From contig JAKQQL010000474.1 of assembly GCA_029564175.1 (NCBI GenBank), forward strand, positions 14,120-78,119: a stretch of 64,000 bases of DNA, in the 5' to 3' direction. Below the pieces are notes generated by a model. The model did no database searches. It saw nothing but the letters and a program-made list of their open reading frames with translations, and was not told where the DNA came from. Each line of letters opens with the position of its first letter. The first letter of the stretch is position 1. Of the stretch, positions 17,701 to 25,533 are shown piece by piece. Both the position numbers and the translations under genes were made by a program. This stretch comes from Candidatus Cloacimonadota bacterium (lineage in GTDB: Bacteria; Cloacimonadota; Cloacimonadia; Cloacimonadales; WRIO01).

Positions 17701-19962
17701 ACAGTTAGCACTAAAATTTGTTCTTGTAGAACGAATTGTAGTTGTAATGGTAGAACACCATGTAGTTGCAATGGGTATGTTCCACCTTCTTGTAGTTGTG
17801 ATGCTAGAACTTCTTGCAGTTGTAATACCAGAACACCAATAATTGCCTGTGAATGTAAAACACAATTGGCTTGTGGTTGCCATTCTAGAAATGTTTGTGA
17901 ATGTAATTCAAGAACACATTGTAGTTGTAATTCTCGAACGCCTTGTAGTTGTGATGTTAGAACACCTTGTAGTTGTAATACTCGATATCCATGTATGTGT
18001 CAGGGTCGTGACAGTGGCAACAGAGACGGCGGCGGATGTGGTGGAACAACACCAATTGGGCAAACGTTTGTCATCAATATGGAAGATGAAAGAACCTTTA
18101 GCCCAATTCAAAAGAAATTGATTGAATTGCCATCTAAATCAAATATTTTTGTATCGGCTGTTGATCTTTGCTTCCATCGTCCAGGCAATATTGATCCTAT
18201 GTTTGTTATGTTCTCACCTCTTGGTGATCAAGGACTACCATTGTATTTTGATATGGCAAGTCCAAATTATGAAGAATATTCATATTTGGATATTTTAAAT
18301 TCAAATGCTTATTCTGATATTGCTGATAAATGGTTCCATAAAAAATTCTCCACACCAATGTCATTAGTTGGCAATTCTAGATATGCTATGATTTTAGGTT
18401 CTCACGATATTGAATGTAAACATTGGGTTGCTAAACTTGGAGAGAAAAACGTTAAGACAAATGAAATAATTACCACTGAACCAGACAGAGGCGTTTTCAT
18501 TGCAGCACCGAATGGTGATACATGGCAAACTGACATTCAGAGTGATTTGACACATCAAATTTATATCGCTGATTTTTCTACTGACCCAAAAATTGAATTA
18601 TTTGATTTTAATAATTCTACCATGTATCGTAGTTATCTTTATTACCCAACGGTTGTTTTTAATGATGTTCTTAATTCTACTTGCCAAAAAGCTAATTTTA
18701 TATTGGCAAGAATTCAAGGAGAAGAATCAACCGATGGATTGGCTTATTTGAGATATGAATATTCAACAAATGCTGGCCAAACTTGGGTTGAATTTATCCC
18801 CGAAAGTCTCATTGAATTTGATGAGGCTGTTTCAAATGTTCAATTTAGGGTAATTTTTGAATCAACTAATAAATATGGTTCACCAATGTTGAAAGATTCA
18901 AAATTGTATCTATCTTTTGGTAGATATGAAAAAGATGGTTTTTATGTTTCAAGAAGTTCTAAGATTGGTGAATATAAATATGTCAATACCTATCTTGATA
19001 AGTTTAATGATCCTTCTCTTTCAACCATTGATATTTATTATTCACCTGACAATGGATATTCTTGGAGATCAATGCCACAAATGAAATCTGAAATGTTGTG
19101 GGTAGATTATCAAAAGGAAGCTTATCAAGTATATTGTGAAACGAAAAATAAATTAATTGATCCTGAAATTTTAAGTCATAATATTTCAGGTGTTGGATCA
19201 TTAACAGGTAATAAATATTATTCAATTGTTTATCATACTTTAAATGACGGAAGAACATTGGCCTCTAATAAATATCAAGTTTCTGGATTGTCAAATAATA
19301 AAGTTGATTTGTCCATCAAATTTGATCCAAATAGTTCATACTTCAAAATCTACAGAAGTAATACTATTGATGGGGATTATCATTTGATTTATAATTCAGG
19401 AGTCATGACAACATTAACAAATAATGTCCTTTCTACTGATAATGTTTTACCTGTTAATTCCACGGTAGAATTTCCTGAAAGTGGATTCTTAATCATAAAT
19501 AATGAATTTATTTCTTATAGTGGCAAAACATTAAATTCATTTACTGGATGTGTCAGAGGTCAGACCGATTTAAATCAATTTGTGACAGTTGCATCAAACC
19601 ATAATCTTGGAAATAGTGTAATTCTTATGAGTTATCCTTCAACAGACTTGCCACTTTGTTCAGATGTTCAAGGTGCAAGTGGTAAAATACCGGATGACTT
19701 CGAAGTTCTTGGAACATTGCCAAATATTTATTGCCAAATGGTATTTACTGATGAAGGATTGAATGATTTAACTCCTGTATTAGTTGCCGAAACTGTTGTT
19801 CCAGAAGATGATGAAGCTGTTTTTGATTCTTCATTCTTGAAGATGATGATTCACATGAAAATTGATGGTGCCACGGAAAATGAAATTCAATCCAATTTGG
19901 ACAATTCTAAATCATGGCCACAATGTGGTAGATTGATGGTAAGTGCAAAAATGATTGATTAA
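14779..19962 (+). CDS. Giant tail fibre/adhesin paralogue 1 with internal Cys-rich octad repeat array
   Basis: 1727 aa. N-terminus FNPGRSLQQRELTEL, then NDPTEGYDNYNQPGAFRIK, GSTYTVEYVY and LKGVYTDGF blocks, all shared with 25534-28866 and 20047/20644 (recalls DUF4815-type phage proteins, from memory). C-terminal FPESGFLIINNEFISYSG motif. Followed by a terminator. Confidence 0.8.
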   Translation: MKLNKQGYPFYDKAEQDRAQKGYQDVLFNPGRSLQQRELTELGSYQYERLKSFVREQFGGNQILSGATLSNLNSQTKQITFSGAKILYDADFYTVDSTTLSYVGSGEEVFSLELKEQIITEIEDESLNDPTEGYDNYNQPGAFRIKRWVEYVKNTTDTNALKVLVMNNGVITFQRNEATPSKETKVQNESDIMALIEQRTYEESGNYIASGCRLFNKPCLDNEKIGFFLESGTVYIEGRRIDVLPQDLFIKKSSLVDNVIGETHMTKAISDPIYTLRESPAIKINTLYLPILATGSITRGSSNLDPIGFNLNIVDIKKVYVNVGSPFEKNVHYKQNGNFIEWLIAPPEAPAVGSTYTVEYVYNKINGVENVDYELFLGLPVNDKTLATTLPANGQIAIPMDDEVGNLIVKSVKVNGTKLNDYQYMINQNKLTIPYLTNNQIIRKSFQKSSNASEVFPIDATINRILYYSSSNLNPYLEGLQYVLNGQNITFLDSGIMPSKDSYLVEYQLNAPINATSGDSVEIIYAYESKSQSQDWQSQVESVLKILNVNLAEGYNIFVNYSYVPTQHYYITVDKDGKINSKYQPSKIKDLMISSTELLIADVYTKHYSMIPFVQLQKILNVSMGELRTMKTEIENLKYDIQLSDLEKLVELNEPASSLKGVYTDGFITDSKIDDGYLSIKLGASNYQKRTLVPNIPKKLLNLNFTMTDTILSPDWNDPKTTAGRFDKMVLISKDYTDVLWKSQPLASNYRSLAEGAAWEAQPKVKITPDSDMFMDKESLEKQSIVSKIDYTLANAGAAPAFNNSIVPVVNNGTVGAGSQSTSTIAGDYQTTVVKWYEKKTSETSQNLGDFVKSIEAEMNLRQIEIKLSAENFPDNQDLIELFFDGIRCELRQDPDNLVGTPSLLLDGAFKANSDGKFNAVFTIPSGIRYGNRKVELMAPGSKTETTFWGLGLKQQVQELTYNQSITNWELQQKTVSTKICSCRTNCSCNGRTPCSCNGYVPPSCSCDARTSCSCNTRTPIIACECKTQLACGCHSRNVCECNSRTHCSCNSRTPCSCDVRTPCSCNTRYPCMCQGRDSGNRDGGGCGGTTPIGQTFVINMEDERTFSPIQKKLIELPSKSNIFVSAVDLCFHRPGNIDPMFVMFSPLGDQGLPLYFDMASPNYEEYSYLDILNSNAYSDIADKWFHKKFSTPMSLVGNSRYAMILGSHDIECKHWVAKLGEKNVKTNEIITTEPDRGVFIAAPNGDTWQTDIQSDLTHQIYIADFSTDPKIELFDFNNSTMYRSYLYYPTVVFNDVLNSTCQKANFILARIQGEESTDGLAYLRYEYSTNAGQTWVEFIPESLIEFDEAVSNVQFRVIFESTNKYGSPMLKDSKLYLSFGRYEKDGFYVSRSSKIGEYKYVNTYLDKFNDPSLSTIDIYYSPDNGYSWRSMPQMKSEMLWVDYQKEAYQVYCETKNKLIDPEILSHNISGVGSLTGNKYYSIVYHTLNDGRTLASNKYQVSGLSNNKVDLSIKFDPNSSYFKIYRSNTIDGDYHLIYNSGVMTTLTNNVLSTDNVLPVNSTVEFPESGFLIINNEFISYSGKTLNSFTGCVRGQTDLNQFVTVASNHNLGNSVILMSYPSTDLPLCSDVQGASGKIPDDFEVLGTLPNIYCQMVFTDEGLNDLTPVLVAETVVPEDDEAVFDSSFLKMMIHMKIDGATENEIQSNLDNSKSWPQCGRLMVSAKMID
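17719..18039 (+). repeat. In-frame array of about 12 octad repeats C-x-C-[N/D]-x-R-T-x (24-nt periodicity) inside the fibre gene
   Basis: CSCRTN CSCNGRTP CSCNGYVPPS CSCDARTS CSCNTRTPIIA CECKTQLA CGCHSRNV CECNSRTH CSCNSRTP CSCDVRTP CSCNTRYP CMCQGRDS, then GGGCGG. Read directly from the translation (aa 981-1087). Confidence 0.9.
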
Positions 19963-19986
19963 GATTTTTTGTTTGGTAAAATTAAT

Positions 19987-20025
19987 GGAGAGGCTGATAA
20001 AGTTGGCCTCTCCATTTTCTCTATT
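19987..20025 (+). terminator. Rho-independent terminator
   Basis: GGAGAGGC (19987-19994) / GCCTCTCC (20006-20013) stem, followed by a T-rich tract. Confidence 0.75.
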
Positions 20026-20046
20026 TTGTTTTATGAGGTGAATTGA

Positions 20047-20337
20047 ATGAAAACGAATTTAAATCAATCGCCCTATTTTGCTGATCCAGATAAAGAATAT
20101 TTTGAAAAACATTATCGAAAGATTATTGCCCTTCCTGCTAGAGTATTACAGTCGAGAGAAATAACAAATCTTTCCTTTTTTCCATTGATGGCAATAAAAG
20201 AATTCTCTGATATATATCATTACAATACAAAAATTATTAAGGGAATTTCAAATCAAGTGGACAAAAAGATTAATGAAAATTCTTTGATCCTGAATACAGT
20301 AAACACGACGGTCGAATTGTTTGAGGGTGATTTATAG
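20047..20337 (+). CDS. Stand-alone N-terminal fragment of the giant-fibre family
   Basis: 96 aa. SPYFADPDKEYFEKHYRKIIALPARVLQSREITNL aligns with the first ~50 aa of 14779 and 25534. SD AGGTGA. Ends TAG. Confidence 0.65.
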   Translation: MKTNLNQSPYFADPDKEYFEKHYRKIIALPARVLQSREITNLSFFPLMAIKEFSDIYHYNTKIIKGISNQVDKKINENSLILNTVNTTVELFEGDL

Positions 20338-20651
20338 TGATTAATGATCCGATCATTAGAATGATTCCAAATGATTATTATGATAAAATTAAGAAGAAGT
20401 TAAAAGGTCAGAAACGTTGCCATGGTTTAATTGTTCCAAATGATTTTGGAAGAACTCTAACATCTTTTGATGTAGAATTGTTGCAATCTATTCCAATTGA
20501 TCTTTTAAAAGAAGTAGGCGAATCTCTTAATATGAAACCATTAATGGTTGTTGATGGGTTATTTAATAATTCATTTTCAATCAAAAAAGATTTGGTTTTT
20601 TTAAATGATTTGTCAAATTGCCAAGTAGTGGAGGAAAACTTTCATGGCTAA
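20337..20651 (+). CDS. Hypothetical protein inserted between fibre fragments
   Basis: 104 aa. GTG start 7 nt after GAGGGTGA. Different frame from the two flanking ORFs, which share a frame. Confidence 0.45.
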   Translation: MINDPIIRMIPNDYYDKIKKKLKGQKRCHGLIVPNDFGRTLTSFDVELLQSIPIDLLKEVGESLNMKPLMVVDGLFNNSFSIKKDLVFLNDLSNCQVVEENFHG

Positions 20652-23600
20652 GTATTTGAAATTAGCAAGTTTAACAGGAAATCCATTGTATGTGTATGAT
20701 TCAAGATATCAATCAGATACTTCACATTATGAAGCTGATTTGATTAAACTATCTGGTATTGACAAATATGTTTTTATGGATGATGATGAAACAAAAGTAT
20801 TTTCTGTTTTTGCAAATTGGATTCCGACAACTTGCAGTATCAGTTTGAAATTGCAATTTAACCCTCTTTTGTTAAGTAAAGATTTTAGTTTGTTTGGATA
20901 TGGAAATGATTTAAATCTTAGTAATTCATGGGGTCTTTTTGTAAAAGAAAATAAATTTCAATTATTGATTTCCAATGGATTGAATTATTTAACAGTAGTT
21001 TTCCCATCTTTTACGTTTGACAATAATTTTGACTTTGCAAAGAAATATAATTTGACATTCATTCAGAATGCTAAAACAGCTACAATTTATCTTGACAATA
21101 AAAAGATTGATTCTATTGAATTGCCTTTTTCATTGGTATCATCACAGATCAATTCAAAAATCTTTATTGGTTCTCTTGGTGATATTACAAGATATGATGC
21201 ATTTATGGGAAAAATTTTTGAGGTTGGTATCTGGGATAGAGAGCTATTTAATGAAGAAATTCAAGATTTGACCAATTTTAGAATTCAAGATAATCCAGCT
21301 CTTCAAACAAATGTAAAGAAGATTAAGATTTATCAAGGTAAGATTTATTATGAAGGCATTTTTCATAATGTGCCAGAATCATCTGTTTATATTCAATGTC
21401 AAGGACTTGAAACAGTTGATCTTTGCATCAATGAAAAAATAATCACTGAAAATGATGATCCTGATTTATTGGATTCATCAGTTGATTATTTCAATTTCAA
21501 TCGACCCGGCGCTCATAGGTTGTCTTATGAATATCAAGTAGTCAGAAATGCCAATCCTCAAAATTATGACATTGTCATTACACTGTTAAAATTCCTTGAT
21601 GGCGTTAAAATCTTTGATTTACTTGAGGAACAAAATGGCAAAACGGAATCAAATGTAGTTGTCCCAACTCCTGAAAGTTTGCCAGACAACCTTGCTGAAA
21701 TTGTCATGGATATTACTGGCAATTTTATTGTTGAAGGATTGGATGTTTCTATGGTTCAGGGAGTGGATAAATATACCCTTACATTAAATCCCGGTAAATA
21801 CTATCTGAATGGCAAGAAATATCAACTATCTTCACAAAGAACATTTGATATCCCAAAACAATTCCAGACACAGAAAGTTTATGGGGAACCAGTCAAATAT
21901 ATTGAAAATGATACTTATCGTATAAATAAACAACCTTTGACAAAATCATCAACACCTGAAATTGTTATTCCTGTTGTTGAAAGAAATGTTATGATAACAA
22001 AGGGTATTCCGGGTGGACAGGACAGTATTCAAGGATTTGGAAATATTATCAAACTCTTGAAAGTTCAAGATACCACAACATATCTCGAAGAGGGAAATAC
22101 TTCAATCACCCCTTCTTGCCAATTGACAGGAAATAAAATTGACTGGTCATTACCTGGCAATGAACCATCAGAAGGATCAACATATACGGCTAATTTTATT
22201 TACAATAAGCTTTTAATTGAAGGAAAAGATTATTATAGATGTTTAGGAAATAAGGTGCAAAAAGAAATTGTTTCTTATAATGCCAGTAATCTCTATCCTG
22301 TTTATTATGAACCCGAATTCATTGTTAGAATTAAGAATGGTTCAATGATTTTTGACAATGATGATGTTGTGATTACTGGAAAAACAATTTCTTTCAAGAA
22401 TCATTCTTCATTAAATAATACACAACCAATTGAAATTATTTACTCCTTTAGTTCACATTCATTCTTTAAGAATAAGTGGTCTATTTATTTTGATCCAACT
22501 TCTAATGAATTCAATGCAAACTATTGGGGATACATTAATTATGACTATGATCTTGCTGACATTTATACATTGGCTATTTTTGGAAATAATTCAATTGGAT
22601 TGGTAAAAGGATTGTCTGGAAATTTGGATACGGTTTCAAAGGCCAATATTGACAAAAATTCATTGCCAATAACTGATATTTTGATTGATTCTTCTTCTTT
22701 CTCGGAAAACAATTCAATTAAAAAATATGAATGGAATAGAACACCTATATCACAAGTTGTTGAAAATTTAAGAAGAACGGAAAGACTTGAGGAACGAGTT
22801 ATTTTGAGTTCCTTAGAAACTGAAGCTTCATCTTATGCTAGTGCTGATATTCTTAAAGGAACATTTACTGATAGTTTGGCCGATTATAATTATTCAAATA
22901 TTTATCATCCTGAATTTACTGGCCATATTGATATGATTGATTCTCTTGGCAATCTTTGTTCTGGACTAGAAAAAAAAGTCTTTCAAACTGTTGGAAATGC
23001 AAATGCAAGATTTAAAGAATTTGGATACATGCCAATTGTTTCTCAACAGAATAATGAAACAATCCAGATTTCCGATGTATTGAAATTTGGTTCCAATACG
23101 GAATCAACATTTAAATCTATCAGTGTTTACAATGATTATGATTATATCAGTGAATCAAATGATCAATGGCCACAAAAATTTGTTGATAACATTCTTTTCA
23201 ATCGTAGACCAATTATTCCATCAACGATAAATACACAATCAACAAATGGAATGGACATTCAAAATCAGTCTTATTTGAAATCAATCACTGAAAAATTAAA
23301 TAAGATGGTTCAATGGTCTTCTTTTAAAATGACCAATAAAGAATTAATTCTCGTTGGTATTAATCACAATTCATCGGAGTCCAATCTTTCTGTTTTGGTT
23401 GGCAATAAAGAAGTTCAATTGGAACAGGTTTCATTGTTGTTTGACAATATTAAACAACAATTTTATGTTCCAAATGTTCAAACAACAACGTCAACAAATA
23501 AAACTGTTTATATTTATGAACCAATCCAAAGTGGCTCCGGTTGGATAGTTCAAGACAATAAAATAACCTGTAATCTCAATGGGGAATTTGTTGTTAAGGT

Positions 23601-25515
23601 AAAACTGGAAGGATTAAATATTTCAACTGGATTGGTTGAATTAAAGGTTGTTGATGCATCACAAAATAAATCCACAATCACTTTGAATTGTAGTGGCATC
23701 AATAATAAGATTAGAAACATTTTAGTCAACAATAAAAGAATGGATGATAGTATTTTTGGTATTTCACCATTCATGAATCAGTCCAATCCTTTTTATGTTC
23801 AACCTTTTAAAGTAAATGAATCCAGAATTCTGAACAATGTTTCGATTCTTTCAACATTTCTTGATTTTTCGAGGCCAATTGTTATTAGTATTCAAGAATT
23901 TGAAAATGGTAAGCCTGGTAAAATTCTTACTCAAAAAATCATTTCAAAGGAATCTGATGTTTCAATTACCAATGTCATTAATAGTTTAACACCGATACAA
24001 AAGATGAATGTCATTTTTAATCAACCTGTAATTTTAAGACCTGATCAAACATATTGTATTGGTATTAATTCTAGTTCACCTTCGTTGAATATTGGTATCA
24101 TCCAAAAAGGTCAACCATCAATTTTTAATAATTTGATGATTACTAATCTGACACAAAATTATCCTCTTCGTCAATTGTTAGATGAGGATTCTTATAAGGT
24201 TCTTGAGAATATGGAATTGTCATTTAATCTTGGAGTAAGTTCTGTGAGTGCTCCTGTTGTTAATGGATTTTATCAATCAGAAATTGTTTTTAAGGAAATC
24301 GAATTTCAGCCATCAGATAGAGGATATCATTTCTCTGTATTGATTGATGATTTGAATTATTTTGACAACCAAACAAAAGTTGATTATTATTACACCGTTG
24401 AAACTGAAAGCACTCCTGCTGGTGTGTATGGAACAATTTGGGAACAATTTTTGCCGTATACTGTAATTCAGAATAATTCAAAAATCATTAAACTTCAGAT
24501 TAAAGCTGTATTAAAAACAAAGAACATTAATTATTCTCCAAGTGTTCACTTGTATCCATCTGTGGTAATTTATAAATATAAATCATCTTCTAACTATATT
24601 TCAAAAGCTTTTGAATTGTTTGAAAATAATGCTGACAACGTTAAAATTTACTTTGATGCTTATTTGCCAACTGATAACCTTTTAAAGATTTACGTGTCTC
24701 CAAATGATTCAAGTGATTGGAGAGAAATTGATTATTCAAATGAAATTTCAAAATCAAATGGAACATTTGCCAAGTTTACATATCTGACAAAATTGTCATT
24801 GTTGAAACCAAACATTTTAGAAATTTCAAAAGATGGTTCGGGTAGTTTAACGGGTAAGTATTATTATCGAGTGGCTTTGTTAGATAGGGATGGATTTGAA
24901 ATTGGTTCTGAATTAGTAGAAATTAATGGATGTTCGAATAATTCAGTGAAGTTAAAAATACAACCAGATAAAAACATGTATGGTTTTAAAGTTTATAGGG
25001 GAATTACTTCTATTCAATTGAATCAGATTTATGATTCAACATCACATGCACTGTTAATACAAAATCTGGATAATCAATCAACAACAGTATTCTTAGATAC
25101 AAATAAACTCATTGATTTCCCAAATTCTGGTAAAATTAGAATTGACAATGAAATTATGACATTTACAAAATCTGGAAATGCTTTAACAGTTGTTCGTGGG
25201 TCTGATTCAACCAGAATTGAAAAACATGATGCCAATGGTGTCAGAGAAGCTTATTTGTGGGATCACGGAACAATTATTCAGGAATCATTAAATGGTCAAT
25301 GTCCATCATTAATACAAGATGGAAATATATTCTATTTCAATTTTGTTGATAATGGTTCAAAATATTCTACTAATACTACAAAGGTATTTGTTCCTTCATC
25401 TACAAACCAAACTTCTATTTATCCCAAGTATATTTTGGTGAAGATTCAAATGATTAATAATTTGTTAAAAGATACTCCTTTAATCAAGAACTTGATTGTC
25501 AATGCCTTGGTTTAA
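20644..25515 (+). CDS. Giant tail fibre/adhesin paralogue 2 with N-terminal LamG-like domain
   Basis: 1623 aa. GKIFEVGIWDRELFNEEIQDL is a LamG/concanavalin-like signature. Then ENDDPDLLDSSVDYFNFNRPGAHRL, GSTYTANFIYNK and LETEASSYASADILKGTFTDS blocks shared with the paralogues. C-terminal FPNSGKIRIDNEIMTFTKSG. Confidence 0.8.
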   Translation: MAKYLKLASLTGNPLYVYDSRYQSDTSHYEADLIKLSGIDKYVFMDDDETKVFSVFANWIPTTCSISLKLQFNPLLLSKDFSLFGYGNDLNLSNSWGLFVKENKFQLLISNGLNYLTVVFPSFTFDNNFDFAKKYNLTFIQNAKTATIYLDNKKIDSIELPFSLVSSQINSKIFIGSLGDITRYDAFMGKIFEVGIWDRELFNEEIQDLTNFRIQDNPALQTNVKKIKIYQGKIYYEGIFHNVPESSVYIQCQGLETVDLCINEKIITENDDPDLLDSSVDYFNFNRPGAHRLSYEYQVVRNANPQNYDIVITLLKFLDGVKIFDLLEEQNGKTESNVVVPTPESLPDNLAEIVMDITGNFIVEGLDVSMVQGVDKYTLTLNPGKYYLNGKKYQLSSQRTFDIPKQFQTQKVYGEPVKYIENDTYRINKQPLTKSSTPEIVIPVVERNVMITKGIPGGQDSIQGFGNIIKLLKVQDTTTYLEEGNTSITPSCQLTGNKIDWSLPGNEPSEGSTYTANFIYNKLLIEGKDYYRCLGNKVQKEIVSYNASNLYPVYYEPEFIVRIKNGSMIFDNDDVVITGKTISFKNHSSLNNTQPIEIIYSFSSHSFFKNKWSIYFDPTSNEFNANYWGYINYDYDLADIYTLAIFGNNSIGLVKGLSGNLDTVSKANIDKNSLPITDILIDSSSFSENNSIKKYEWNRTPISQVVENLRRTERLEERVILSSLETEASSYASADILKGTFTDSLADYNYSNIYHPEFTGHIDMIDSLGNLCSGLEKKVFQTVGNANARFKEFGYMPIVSQQNNETIQISDVLKFGSNTESTFKSISVYNDYDYISESNDQWPQKFVDNILFNRRPIIPSTINTQSTNGMDIQNQSYLKSITEKLNKMVQWSSFKMTNKELILVGINHNSSESNLSVLVGNKEVQLEQVSLLFDNIKQQFYVPNVQTTTSTNKTVYIYEPIQSGSGWIVQDNKITCNLNGEFVVKVKLEGLNISTGLVELKVVDASQNKSTITLNCSGINNKIRNILVNNKRMDDSIFGISPFMNQSNPFYVQPFKVNESRILNNVSILSTFLDFSRPIVISIQEFENGKPGKILTQKIISKESDVSITNVINSLTPIQKMNVIFNQPVILRPDQTYCIGINSSSPSLNIGIIQKGQPSIFNNLMITNLTQNYPLRQLLDEDSYKVLENMELSFNLGVSSVSAPVVNGFYQSEIVFKEIEFQPSDRGYHFSVLIDDLNYFDNQTKVDYYYTVETESTPAGVYGTIWEQFLPYTVIQNNSKIIKLQIKAVLKTKNINYSPSVHLYPSVVIYKYKSSSNYISKAFELFENNADNVKIYFDAYLPTDNLLKIYVSPNDSSDWREIDYSNEISKSNGTFAKFTYLTKLSLLKPNILEISKDGSGSLTGKYYYRVALLDRDGFEIGSELVEINGCSNNSVKLKIQPDKNMYGFKVYRGITSIQLNQIYDSTSHALLIQNLDNQSTTVFLDTNKLIDFPNSGKIRIDNEIMTFTKSGNALTVVRGSDSTRIEKHDANGVREAYLWDHGTIIQESLNGQCPSLIQDGNIFYFNFVDNGSKYSTNTTKVFVPSSTNQTSIYPKYILVKIQMINNLLKDTPLIKNLIVNALV

Positions 25516-25533
25516 TAAAGAGAGGTATATTAA

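Noticed and set aside
17689-18121. Alternative-frame ORFs (17689-17883 minus, 17843-18121 plus, 17908-18111 minus), and the idea that the 24-nt periodic repeats might be a CRISPR-like array.
   Set aside because: The repeats are contiguous, spacerless, and in frame within a 1727-aa ORF. The other-frame ORFs (ITTTR-type repeats) are by-products of the periodic sequence.
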